A stretch of DNA of 64,000 bases, from contig JAJZZD010000002.1 of NCBI GenBank assembly GCA_021797745.1, positions 32,156 to 96,155 on the forward strand. Reading direction: 5' to 3'. This DNA is from Candidatus Micrarchaeota archaeon (GTDB lineage: Archaea > Micrarchaeota > Micrarchaeia > Micrarchaeales > CABMGC01). This document shows, piece by piece, positions 28,485-37,485 of the stretch. Every line of letters starts with the position of its first letter. Within the stretch, counting starts at the first letter, position 1. A model generated the notes under the pieces. It ran no database searches and was not told the DNA's origin. It worked only from the letters and a program-made list of their open reading frames with translations. The translations under genes were made by a program, and so were the position numbers.

Positions 28485-28591
28485 GAACTTTTGTTGAAAA
28501 GGTCGTAGATAAGTTGATTCGTGAAAGGAAGAAGTTACTTGAAGAAATGGCTAGCGAAACTTACGCGAAAAAACTTCGCAAGGCACAGTGA
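28481..28591 (+). CDS. 36-aa putative Doc antitoxin-like peptide
   Basis: MRTFVEKVVDKLIRERKKLLEEMASETYAKKLRKAQ; ATGA overlap with the doc stop. Confidence 0.5.
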   Translation: MRTFVEKVVDKLIRERKKLLEEMASETYAKKLRKAQ

Positions 28592-28712
28592 TCCCAGCAC
28601 CACGATGACCTACATAAGCACTAGGAAAGAAGAACTATACAAGGAAATAAACAACGCTTTCGGAATTAACGAAGCAGTCGGCCTGAAAGCAAGGCTGTCA
28701 AGAGTATAGAGC

Positions 28713-29111
28713 CTACCGTTTTCTATAGCCGAAGATTTTGTCGTATTCTTCATGATCTATTATATCCAGTACATCAAGCCAGATTGAGAGTATCTCAACT
28801 TCTGTGTCCTCTCTCTGTGGCTGCTTTATAGTGTATATCATGCGCCAAGCTCCTGAGAGATTGACCTTCCATAAGTTTGTAACTTCATAGAGCGAGATGT
28901 ATTTCTGAGCTACATTCTTCTTTGGTATGTGGATTCCGTAGTCATAATCAACCTTCAATATGGCTATCTTGTTATCTATTGATTTCAGGAGCGTCTGGTG
29001 GAAGGAGTCAGTTATGCCTTTTGACGTATCCTCCGCAACTTTCTTCTTTATGGCTAGGTAAGCGTCTTTTGCATCCCCTAACAGCTTTATCGAAACTCGT
29101 TTCTCTACCAA
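28713..29111 (-). CDS. RelE-like putative toxin
   Basis: GIHIPK, NLWKVNL.GAWRMIYTI, ILDIIDH.EYDKIFGY-type motifs; start placed at TTG 29111. Confidence 0.6.
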   Translation of the reverse strand: MVEKRVSIKLLGDAKDAYLAIKKKVAEDTSKGITDSFHQTLLKSIDNKIAILKVDYDYGIHIPKKNVAQKYISLYEVTNLWKVNLSGAWRMIYTIKQPQREDTEVEILSIWLDVLDIIDHEEYDKIFGYRKR

Positions 29112-29115
29112 GTCA

Positions 29116-29382
29116 TCACACCGGTAAGCCTTCCTGCTCGGCCTTCTCCAGCTTCTTGCTGGGGTTGAATGTCCAGATGAAGCCCTTCTTGGTCTCAAGC
29201 ACCATGCCACGCTTCTCCATGTAGTCAAGCGCAAGGTTAAGGGTCGAGCGCATTACACCAGTCTGCAATCTAGCCAATATCTGGTTCCGGCTGACTGGGT
29301 TGTTGGCCTTCTTGACTACCTCCTCTATTGCCAATATTGTCTTAAGTGTGGGATAATGAACGACCTCTTTCTGTAGCTGCAT
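29116..29382 (-). CDS. Winged-HTH putative antitoxin
   Basis: HYPTLKTILAIE, SRNQI...L...VMRSTLNLALDYME..G...IWTFNP; directly upstream of the RelE-like gene. Confidence 0.6.
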   Translation of the reverse strand: MQLQKEVVHYPTLKTILAIEEVVKKANNPVSRNQILARLQTGVMRSTLNLALDYMEKRGMVLETKKGFIWTFNPSKKLEKAEQEGLPV

Positions 29383-29602
29383 AATTTAACACCTAATAAG
29401 TATATACCCTAATAGATATATAAGCCTTTCTACAAATTTAGAGGCCTCTCTACATGCCTTCGATTCCTCTACACGACTTTTCCAATCCATGTGGAGAAAA
29501 GTCTCAACGAAAGTCTCAAAACGAGCTTTTTTGTTGAGGAACTTATGCACATCAATATTAGAGCCGTCCATGTAGAGTTTCATGTAGAGAAACTCCCGCC
29601 TT

Positions 29603-29794
29603 GCAGCCGCCGCCCGTCCAAAAGACACCTTCGGTGTCGCACGGCGGGCTGCGGCGGCTGCGGCTACTTTGTAGGACATGGGCTGCGTTAAGACTGATTT
29701 TGACCCCCACGCAAAATCAGCCGCTTGCTAGGTTGCTAGTTTAAAGTCCGTTGGGACGTCAGGGAGCCACCTCGCGAGCTTGCGCAAGCAAGCG
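29603..29794. other. GC-rich non-coding cluster of inverted repeats
   Basis: GCAGCCGCCGC(29603)/GCGGCGGCTGC(29651), inner GACACC-TTC-GGTGTC, CTGATTTTG/CAAAATCAG (29694-29720), GCTTGCGCAAGC palindrome. Confidence 0.7.
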
Positions 29795-30027
29795 ATAGAG
29801 ATTGGCGAACCAAGGAAGGAGATTAGTTTGAATTCAATGTATAACGTAAACTGATAGAGATAGTATAGTGAATAAACCAGCAAAAATCGGCCACAACAAG
29901 AAAGCTCATACAAATGTGCCTAGGAAGCTAGAAGCGCAGCTAGAATTATTGGAGTATACTATTGAAGTATTAAGTTTAAGACTGACATATATAACCACTT
30001 ACTTCTAGTGAGCTTTTCATACTTTCA

Positions 30028-31081
30028 CTAGGAACTTGACAAATTATTAACTTTTTTGCATAATAAAGAAACTAACTGTTTTCTCTTCTCTTTTACTGCC
30101 GTAAATTTGTAAGAACAGAGCTCCTGTGGGCGACATTATGAATGTCGTCCGCCTTGCCAGGAGATAATGCAATGAAAATATACGAGATAAGAAATAAAAT
30201 AGTAGAGGTTTGGGCAGCTGCACGCATAATAGTGCAAAGATACGGTCATACAAAGAAGTTTGCAAAACATTTTGTTGCATTTGCATTAAAACAAATGTTG
30301 CATTTTACAGATAATGAACTTGCAGAATTTCTTGGAAAAGACGAAATCGGTAGGGAATTAGGATATGCAAAGGCACCGCATATTTCTACATTCTCGAAAG
30401 TGCGCAAGAGATCAGACATAAGAATAATGCAAGAATTGACTGATTGGCTCGTAATCAATCATTTCAAGGGCAAACAAATATCCCTGATTGCGCAGGACAG
30501 CACAGATATATCTGCATATGCACATAAAGATAAATCTGCAAGATACGGACACAGGACACCTTCGAAAAAGGAGCAAAGAACTCTTAAGGAATTTACTAAA
30601 ACATTGTTCTTTGGCTTCAAAGTACACATGATTGCAGAAGTGAATGAGGAAGTGCCACTATGTTTTTCTGTAGAACCGGCGAATATACATGATAAGAAAT
30701 TATTCACAGGATTGTTTGCAAATGTAAAAGAAAAATTTGTTTTGCAGTATATGGCAAAATACCTTGCCGATTCTGCATATGATTCTACAGACATAAAAAT
30801 GGAATTAAGAAACAGCAATGCAGCACAGGTAATTTCAACGAGCAGTAGAGGTCATTTCAAATCAGAAGTGCCTAAGGACAAGGATTATGAGAAAAGATGG
30901 GCAATTGAAAGAATTTTCTCAAGACTAAAAGAGGTGTTTGGTCTTGCAAAAAACAGGTTCGTCGGCATAAAGAATATCGCAATGCATGTTCATGCCTGCA
31001 TCCTCGCATACATGATAAAATACGTGCTGTGATGGGTTTTGTATTTGACGAGGTGACGAAATGTAAATGTCAAGTGCCTAG
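30028..31081. mobile_element. Insertion sequence bounded by inverted repeats CTAGG(A/C)ACTTGACA
   Basis: 13/14 inverted match at 30028 and 31068-31081, both ending in CTAG; encloses a DDE transposase. Confidence 0.75.
30172..31032 (+). CDS. DDE transposase (IS5/IS4-like, DDE_Tnp_1)
   Basis: PHISTFSK.R, QDST, FFGFKVH, PANIHD, LADSAYD, Y..RWAIERIFSRLK. Confidence 0.92.
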   Translation: MKIYEIRNKIVEVWAAARIIVQRYGHTKKFAKHFVAFALKQMLHFTDNELAEFLGKDEIGRELGYAKAPHISTFSKVRKRSDIRIMQELTDWLVINHFKGKQISLIAQDSTDISAYAHKDKSARYGHRTPSKKEQRTLKEFTKTLFFGFKVHMIAEVNEEVPLCFSVEPANIHDKKLFTGLFANVKEKFVLQYMAKYLADSAYDSTDIKMELRNSNAAQVISTSSRGHFKSEVPKDKDYEKRWAIERIFSRLKEVFGLAKNRFVGIKNIAMHVHACILAYMIKYVL

Positions 31082-31139
31082 CCATATGCCAAATACCTAC
31101 ACTTTTAAACCTTGCATAATAATATTATTCGGTGAATTC

Positions 31140-31388
31140 ATGGCAAGAGAAAAGGAAACTTTTGATAGATACTTGAAGTACAAGGCAAAACACACGGGAT
31201 GGTACATATTCAGGTCCCTCTACTGGGCAATATACTTCATAGCAATAGGGATTGTACAGATAGCATACGGAAATGTTTTTCCAGCACAGGACTATCTGGG
31301 CTTTGTGCTGGTTCTTTTCGGGCTGATGCTCGCAATTTATGGACTGGTGGAAAACCTTCACCACAAGCTGATGGAAAGATATGCCTGA
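31140..31388 (+). CDS. Small two-TM membrane protein
   Basis: GGTGA SD before ATG 31140; two hydrophobic helices. Confidence 0.65.
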   Translation: MAREKETFDRYLKYKAKHTGWYIFRSLYWAIYFIAIGIVQIAYGNVFPAQDYLGFVLVLFGLMLAIYGLVENLHHKLMERYA

Positions 31389-31488
31389 ATGCATAATTGC
31401 CTAATTGACTGCGGCTTAACCCCGCATTACAGAATTGGCATGGATGTGCCACAGGCAGGAGATACTTTGAAACGTGCAGCTGGATTAG

Positions 31489-32643
31489 ATGCGAATACCT
31501 AACATATACGAGTCGAAAAACCTCAAGCTATTCATAGCTATACCCATAGCGTTGCTCTTGTTCGGGCTGTACTTCTCGACGCGCATAAACCTTGACAGCT
31601 CACTAAGCGGCGGTGTGGCGATAACGCTTCAGACAAACACTACTGTGCAGATATCGCAGATAGCAAGCCAGGTAAGCTCTGTTTTGCACGTCAGCAACCC
31701 GCAGATACAGACCGCCCCAGGTGGCATACAAGTAACGCTTTCGGCCAACAAGACTCTTGTAAGCGCCTACAATTATCAGATAAACTTTTTTGAGTACCTC
31801 AACAACTACTCAACCGGCACTTACGACCAGGCGATAGCAGCGGCGGAGCTGCAGAAGAGCCCGGGCAATGAAAGCCTGATAAGCAATCTTAGCACCATAA
31901 ATACAAGCGTAAGGACTGCGCTGGGCGGCATGATTGCGTCGCTCAGAGGCGAGCTGAACGATACTGCGCAGTTCGGAGTTGTGTATGCCATAAACACCAG
32001 CAACCCAACACAGATGCAGGGCGTTGCGGTGAAGGCATATACAAATGCAAGCAATGCATATGAAAAAAAGGTTATAAGCGGATTGCATAGCGTTGTAGGT
32101 TTCTCGCAGTATTCATATCAGCAAATAAGCCCAACGCTTGCTTCCAATTTTCTTGCGAGCATGGAAAACGTGCTCATAGTGGCATTCGTGCTTGTCTTCA
32201 TAGCAGTGTTCTTTGTGTTCAAGTCGCTAGTGCCTTCAGCAACTGTGGTGTTCGGAGCTGCAAACGACCTGGTGGTTGCTTTGGGCGCGATGGGTCTGTT
32301 CGGCATACCGCTAGGAGTCACGAGCATAGCAGGATTGCTGATGATAATAGGATACGCAATAGACGTAGACGTACTTGCTGCAATAAGGATTCTCAAGCGG
32401 ACAGAGGGCAGGGCCGAGGAAAGAGCATACGGAGCTATGAGGACGGGCATGACCATGACAGTCACTGCAACTGTGTCGTTCGGCGTTCTTTTCGTAGTTT
32501 CGCTGTTTACCTACGTGCCTACTTATTATGAGATTTCTGGGGTCGTGCTGTTCGGGCTGATAGGAAGCCTGTTTACTACATGGTTCGGAAATGCGCCGAT
32601 GATACTCATGTACAAGAGGAGAAAGGAAAGGAGAGCACAATGA
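31489..32643 (+). CDS. secF: Protein translocase subunit SecF (archaeal)
   Basis: N-terminal TM with L.GG, QISPTLAS.F, IAGLLMIIGYAID.DVL, six TM segments. Confidence 0.9.
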   Translation: MRIPNIYESKNLKLFIAIPIALLLFGLYFSTRINLDSSLSGGVAITLQTNTTVQISQIASQVSSVLHVSNPQIQTAPGGIQVTLSANKTLVSAYNYQINFFEYLNNYSTGTYDQAIAAAELQKSPGNESLISNLSTINTSVRTALGGMIASLRGELNDTAQFGVVYAINTSNPTQMQGVAVKAYTNASNAYEKKVISGLHSVVGFSQYSYQQISPTLASNFLASMENVLIVAFVLVFIAVFFVFKSLVPSATVVFGAANDLVVALGAMGLFGIPLGVTSIAGLLMIIGYAIDVDVLAAIRILKRTEGRAEERAYGAMRTGMTMTVTATVSFGVLFVVSLFTYVPTYYEISGVVLFGLIGSLFTTWFGNAPMILMYKRRKERRAQ

Positions 32644-34235
32644 ATCTGATGAATTACATAAAGGACAGAAGGATCGCATTACTCTTAGGCTTAGTCATAC
32701 TTCTCGCGCTCGCCGATATAAAGTACGGCGGCCCAAACGGGCTTCACCTGGGCGTCGAGTTCGTCGGAGGGACAACAATACCTGTTGAACTTCAGCATCC
32801 TATAAATCCGAGCAACTTCACCGAGCTTTTGCAGATATTGCAGCAAAGGACCAACAGCTTCGGGCTAAAGCAGGTGACTGTCGAGGGCCTGGGAAACTAT
32901 GCGGTTTATGTAACGATACCTACCGCATCTGCGTCAGAGATTGCGAGCACGATATCGATCATACAGAGCCAGGGAATTTTCCAGGGAATTGTGAGCGGAA
33001 GGCTGGCACTGAACAGCAGCTCGCTGCTGAGCAGCAGCATAGCGGCATTGCAGCCGACTGCGCAGAACGGCAGTGTTTCGTGGAGCGTACAATTCTATCT
33101 GACGCAACAGGCGGCGCAGAAATTCGCAAAGGTTGTTTTCGGCCAGGCAGACAAACCTGTTTACATGTTCCTAGACAGGCCGACAGGCTACATATTACTG
33201 ATGAACTCGTCGATACTTCTTAACCTGCAGCTCAATGGGCTAAACGAAAGCGCCCTGCTGCTCACGCTGCAGAATGCCACGCAACTAATTCCTAATCAGA
33301 CTATACCGATAGAACTGTACAGCAAGGGCAACCTCAACTCAGCGCTCGCTTTCATCTCAGCCAACAGGAACAAGTACGACGGCGTGATAATGGAAAACGA
33401 TGCGCCGCAGGAACTTGTGCAGAATGCTACCGCATTGAACTATTCGATGAAATACGTAAGCTTACGCAACATGACCCCGCAGGTCACTGCTTCATCGACA
33501 CCGCAGGGCTTCCAGGTGCTGCTTAATGCATGGCCTGCCATAGGGCTTTTGTCTGCGCCGCTGCTGAACCCAAGCATAACTAACGGCAACATATCAGTAA
33601 GCTATGTAATAACTGGCAGCGCGCCCAGCAACCTGTCCCAGATAGCGCAGTCGGCCTATGCAATCAACCAGTCAAACCAGATAGTCAGCATACTCAAAGG
33701 GGGCGCACTTCCTGTGCAGGTGATAGTCGGAACGCCTTACACTGTACCTCCCACCCTCGGCTCGCATTTCGAGACGATAAGCATATTCGCCCTGGGAATC
33801 GCAGTTCTTGCAGTGTCAATAGCCATCGCATTGAGATACAAAAGGCTTTTCCTTGTCCTGCCGATAATACTCACGACGCTCGCTGAGCTTTTCATAATAA
33901 TGTCGATAATAGGAACAGTTGGAACGATAGACTTGCCGGCAGTTGCTGGAATGATAGCAGTAATAGGAACTGGCGTTGATGCGCAGATCATAATAACAGA
34001 TGAGGTATTGTTCAAAGGCACGGAGCACACGATGAGCATGAGGCTCGGCAATGCGTTCTACATAATATGGGCAGACGCAGCGCTGCTGATAATAGCGATG
34101 CTCCCTCTTTTCTTCTCTACAGGCCTTGTTGACATAATAGGGTTCGCAGAATCAACAATATTGGGAGTTTTGTTCGGAGCCCTTGTCACCAGGCCGGCAT
34201 ATGGGGCCATAATATCGAAGCATTATGCAAGCTGA
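32640..34235 (+). CDS. secD: Protein translocase subunit SecD (archaeal)
   Basis: LHLGVEFVGGT, RTNSFGL, ILKGGALPV, PPTLG..F, IDLPAVAG.IA.IGTGVD..IIITDE, TRPAY. Confidence 0.92.
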   Translation: MNLMNYIKDRRIALLLGLVILLALADIKYGGPNGLHLGVEFVGGTTIPVELQHPINPSNFTELLQILQQRTNSFGLKQVTVEGLGNYAVYVTIPTASASEIASTISIIQSQGIFQGIVSGRLALNSSSLLSSSIAALQPTAQNGSVSWSVQFYLTQQAAQKFAKVVFGQADKPVYMFLDRPTGYILLMNSSILLNLQLNGLNESALLLTLQNATQLIPNQTIPIELYSKGNLNSALAFISANRNKYDGVIMENDAPQELVQNATALNYSMKYVSLRNMTPQVTASSTPQGFQVLLNAWPAIGLLSAPLLNPSITNGNISVSYVITGSAPSNLSQIAQSAYAINQSNQIVSILKGGALPVQVIVGTPYTVPPTLGSHFETISIFALGIAVLAVSIAIALRYKRLFLVLPIILTTLAELFIIMSIIGTVGTIDLPAVAGMIAVIGTGVDAQIIITDEVLFKGTEHTMSMRLGNAFYIIWADAALLIIAMLPLFFSTGLVDIIGFAESTILGVLFGALVTRPAYGAIISKHYAS

Positions 34236-34309
34236 GCATGCAACATTTAATGAATGCGCTTCTAAATAAGAGTGGAATGTCAAGAAATCCGAGTTGAAGC
34301 GTGAGTTAA

Positions 34310-35104
34310 GTGGCAGGCGTAAAGGCGAAACGGGAACAAGCGGCAATAGACTTACTGCTGACATACGGCATTGCATTTGTAATAGTCGCGGCAGTCGTGT
34401 CTATTCTTTATATCCTGCTTTTGCAAGTGCCGAGCTCAATACCGTCAAACTGCGTTTTTGAAATCGGGATAAGCTGCAGCATCATAAGCATAGGGTCGAA
34501 TGCATCTGGCACAAGCATAATCCTGATAGCAAGCAACCAGGAAACTTACCCAATATTTTCGCCAACAGCTGAAGTCGAGTTAGGAGGGGCACAGTATTCA
34601 TTCGCATGCATACCTTCTTTAGTCATTCAAGGCGGCACTATAGCGTGCAACACGACAGTTTCAAAAACTTTTTCAGAAGGAACGCTTGAATCAGGCACAA
34701 TAAACGTGGCTGCAACTCCTTGTCTTGGAGCCAACTCCACGCAGTGCACGCTCCAGAAACAGAATTTCACTGGCACGTTCAGCACGCACATACAGCCGTT
34801 CGAGAAAATTTCTTATGGCATAAACGTATCTGCAGAAAACAGCACTGTATCTACCGATACAGATGACAAGATATTTGCGCATGTAACAATAGAGGTTAAC
34901 CGCGTTTTGTATCCGTTTGTTGGAGTAACCGTAAACTTCATCTTAAATTCGACAGGCGCATCGTTCAATAAAACTAATTCGATAACGAGTGAAGGCGGCA
35001 TAGCTTTGACAGGGCTGACAAGCTCTTCGACTGGCAATTACATAGTCAAAGCAAAGTTCGGGAACATAAAATCGGCCAACGTGACAATAACCTTCAAAAA
35101 ATAG
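34310..35104 (+). CDS. Class III signal peptide (type IV pilin-like) protein with C-terminal Ig-like domain
   Basis: KREQ-AAIDLLLTYG.AF prepilin motif, paired Cys, GVTVNF...T...GIA...LTSS..G.Y.V.A Big_1-like end. Confidence 0.8.
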   Translation: MAGVKAKREQAAIDLLLTYGIAFVIVAAVVSILYILLLQVPSSIPSNCVFEIGISCSIISIGSNASGTSIILIASNQETYPIFSPTAEVELGGAQYSFACIPSLVIQGGTIACNTTVSKTFSEGTLESGTINVAATPCLGANSTQCTLQKQNFTGTFSTHIQPFEKISYGINVSAENSTVSTDTDDKIFAHVTIEVNRVLYPFVGVTVNFILNSTGASFNKTNSITSEGGIALTGLTSSSTGNYIVKAKFGNIKSANVTITFKK

Positions 35105-35197
35105 GCAAAATGGAATGCGCGCTAAACATCAAATGCGCTTGCCGAATCTCATTAGGATACACTTAAATAGTTAAATTGATTTGTAGTTTAGAATTCG

Positions 35198-36016
35198 ATG
35201 ACAGAGATGCATGCTGATAAATTGCGCGGCACAAAACACGCCCAGGCCGCAATAGACTTCCTTTTGACGTACGGACTGGCATTTCTGATAATAGGCGTGA
35301 TAATTGCAGTGCTTTATGTCGTACTGCTCCAGGTGCCTAGCTCCATTCCCTCAACATGCAGCTTCGAAACAGGCCTCGAGTGCAAAGCAGTAATATTCGG
35401 CTCAAACGCGCTAAACACTACATTTACGCTGCTTGTAAGCAACAACGAGCCCTACTCGGTGATGAATCCCGCGGCGAACGCAATATTCGACGGCGCTGCA
35501 CATGCGCTTGCGTGCACGCCTTCATTCGTGCTCAGAGGCGGCACAATAGTGTGCAACGTGACGCTGGCCGGAACTTACACGCAGGGCTCGCTCAAATCAG
35601 GCAGCATAAACATAATAGTAACGCCGTGCCAGAGCGACAGCGCTTCGCCATGCACGCTGCAAAAACAGAATCTTACTGGCACGTTCAGCACCCAAGTACA
35701 GCCGAAAACCCTGATATTATCATACAGCATGAATGTCATCGCTGAAAACTACACCCCGTCAGTGAACCAAAAGGATCTGATAAATGCGACGATATACCTC
35801 GAAGAAGGAAGCACCAAATACCCGATCTCTGGCGCAACGGTAAACTTTACCTCAAATTCAGTTTACGCGACGTTCAGCCCGCAAAAGTCAACTTCGAGCG
35901 CAAGCGGGGTTGCCAGGACATACGTGGCCAGCTCTGCAGCAGGAAATGTCCTGATAACAGCTGCTTTTGCAAACACAATTTCGGCAAACACGGTAATAGG
36001 TTTTAGCAGACATTAA
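35198..36016 (+). CDS. Class III signal peptide (type IV pilin-like) protein, tandem paralog
   Basis: KHAQ-AAIDFLLTYG; shares LLQVPSSIPS.C, GGTI.CN and CTLQKQN.TGTFST with the upstream gene. Confidence 0.82.
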   Translation: MTEMHADKLRGTKHAQAAIDFLLTYGLAFLIIGVIIAVLYVVLLQVPSSIPSTCSFETGLECKAVIFGSNALNTTFTLLVSNNEPYSVMNPAANAIFDGAAHALACTPSFVLRGGTIVCNVTLAGTYTQGSLKSGSINIIVTPCQSDSASPCTLQKQNLTGTFSTQVQPKTLILSYSMNVIAENYTPSVNQKDLINATIYLEEGSTKYPISGATVNFTSNSVYATFSPQKSTSSASGVARTYVASSAAGNVLITAAFANTISANTVIGFSRH

Positions 36017-36164
36017 ACACGTCAGTGTGATATTAAACAAATTAGCTGCAATATGCATTTCTGATTCATAAAGTTTTAGAGCTATGGCTTTCATAATGAC
36101 CTAAAATTATCAATTTATGTCTTTATAGTGACATATTTAAGGCTTTGCATTCGTTAATAATATC

Positions 36165-37442
36165 ATGGATATTGAATCGCTTAAGTACGTATTGAAGGAC
36201 CAGAAGGAATCTATTATGAGCCAGGATACCGGCAGGATGCGGTCGGTTACAGCCAAAATACTTCAGATGGTGGATTCAAAAGAGATTATAACAATATCAG
36301 GAGTAAGAAGATGCGGCAAATCAACGTTACTAAGGCAGATAATACACGGACTCATGAAGAATGGCATACCTGTTGAAAACATATTGTACGTAAATTTCGA
36401 AGATGAGAGGCTAAGGGAGTTTACAAGCAAGGATTTTGACAGCATGTACAATGCGTATGTACAGCTGTACAAACCCAAAGGCAAGGTGTTCATATTTGTG
36501 GATGAGATTCAGAATGTGCAATTCTGGGAGAAATGGGCTTACAGAATGCGCGAATTCACATCTGCAAAACTGTTCATCACAGGAAGCAATAGCAGCATAC
36601 TGAAATCAAACATATCCAGTTCACTTACTGGAAGAAGCATAATCATCGAGGAGTATCCGTTTTCTTTCAACGAGCTTATTGAACATCCTGATCAGTATAC
36701 AAGAAAAGGAGTAAGTAGCATACGGGAAACATTTGACAGATACGTAAAATACGGAGGATTTCCGGAGGCCGTTCTCAATAATAACAAGGAAATACTTTCG
36801 TCTTACCTGAGAGACATAATAAGCAGAGACATAATGTCAAGATATGAAATAAGGAATGTCAAGGAAATGGAAGATTTTATGTTCTACTTATTAAATCTTT
36901 ACGGCAAGCGGTTTACATTTGCCAAACTTAAGAACATATTTAATTTGGGAAGCCACAATACAGCAAAGAACTTCGTAAATTATGCTGAAAGCGCATATCT
37001 CATCTTTACTGTAGAAGATTATTCAAGCTCTATGAGTGAGGTCATAAGGGCGCCAAGGAAGCTATATGTCATAGACCATGCCATTGCGTCGCAGGTTTCA
37101 AGCAATCCGGTTACAGATATGGGCGCGATACTCGAAAACATAGTGTTTCTGGAGCTTAAAAGGAGGTTAGCATTCGATGAGAGCATATTCTACTGGAGAG
37201 ACGAAAAAGACAGAGAAGTTGATTTTATCATTAAAAAAGCCAGAAAGGTGGAAAGGGCAGTGCAGGTATCATACGAGTTAGGCAGCAGAAAAGAGCAGGA
37301 GGTGGATGCTCTTCTTAAATCTATGGAAAAATTTGGGCTTGCAGAAGGGCTTGTTATAACAAATGATTATGAAGGCACTGAAAAAATAGGAAGAAAAAAA
37401 ATAATATACAAACCTGCTTGGAAGTTCCTGATCGGGCTTTGA
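36165..37442 (+). CDS. AAA_14/DUF4143 ATP-binding protein
   Basis: GVRRCGKST, FVDEIQ, TGSNS, YGGFPE, KLYVID, LENIVFLEL, EVDF, QVSY. Confidence 0.92.
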   Translation: MDIESLKYVLKDQKESIMSQDTGRMRSVTAKILQMVDSKEIITISGVRRCGKSTLLRQIIHGLMKNGIPVENILYVNFEDERLREFTSKDFDSMYNAYVQLYKPKGKVFIFVDEIQNVQFWEKWAYRMREFTSAKLFITGSNSSILKSNISSSLTGRSIIIEEYPFSFNELIEHPDQYTRKGVSSIRETFDRYVKYGGFPEAVLNNNKEILSSYLRDIISRDIMSRYEIRNVKEMEDFMFYLLNLYGKRFTFAKLKNIFNLGSHNTAKNFVNYAESAYLIFTVEDYSSSMSEVIRAPRKLYVIDHAIASQVSSNPVTDMGAILENIVFLELKRRLAFDESIFYWRDEKDREVDFIIKKARKVERAVQVSYELGSRKEQEVDALLKSMEKFGLAEGLVITNDYEGTEKIGRKKIIYKPAWKFLIGL

Positions 37443-37485
37443 TAAACTGCAGATTTTGAAATTATGCGCAGTCATGGACTTAGAA

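Noticed and set aside
29386-29679. 97-aa ORF with poly-Ala stretches
   Set aside because: The Ala runs come from the GC-rich inverted repeats; better explained as non-coding structure
28060-31081. att-bounded integrated element at tRNA-Leu
   Set aside because: No convincing duplication of the tRNA-Leu 3' end and no integrase found; treated only as an accessory hotspot
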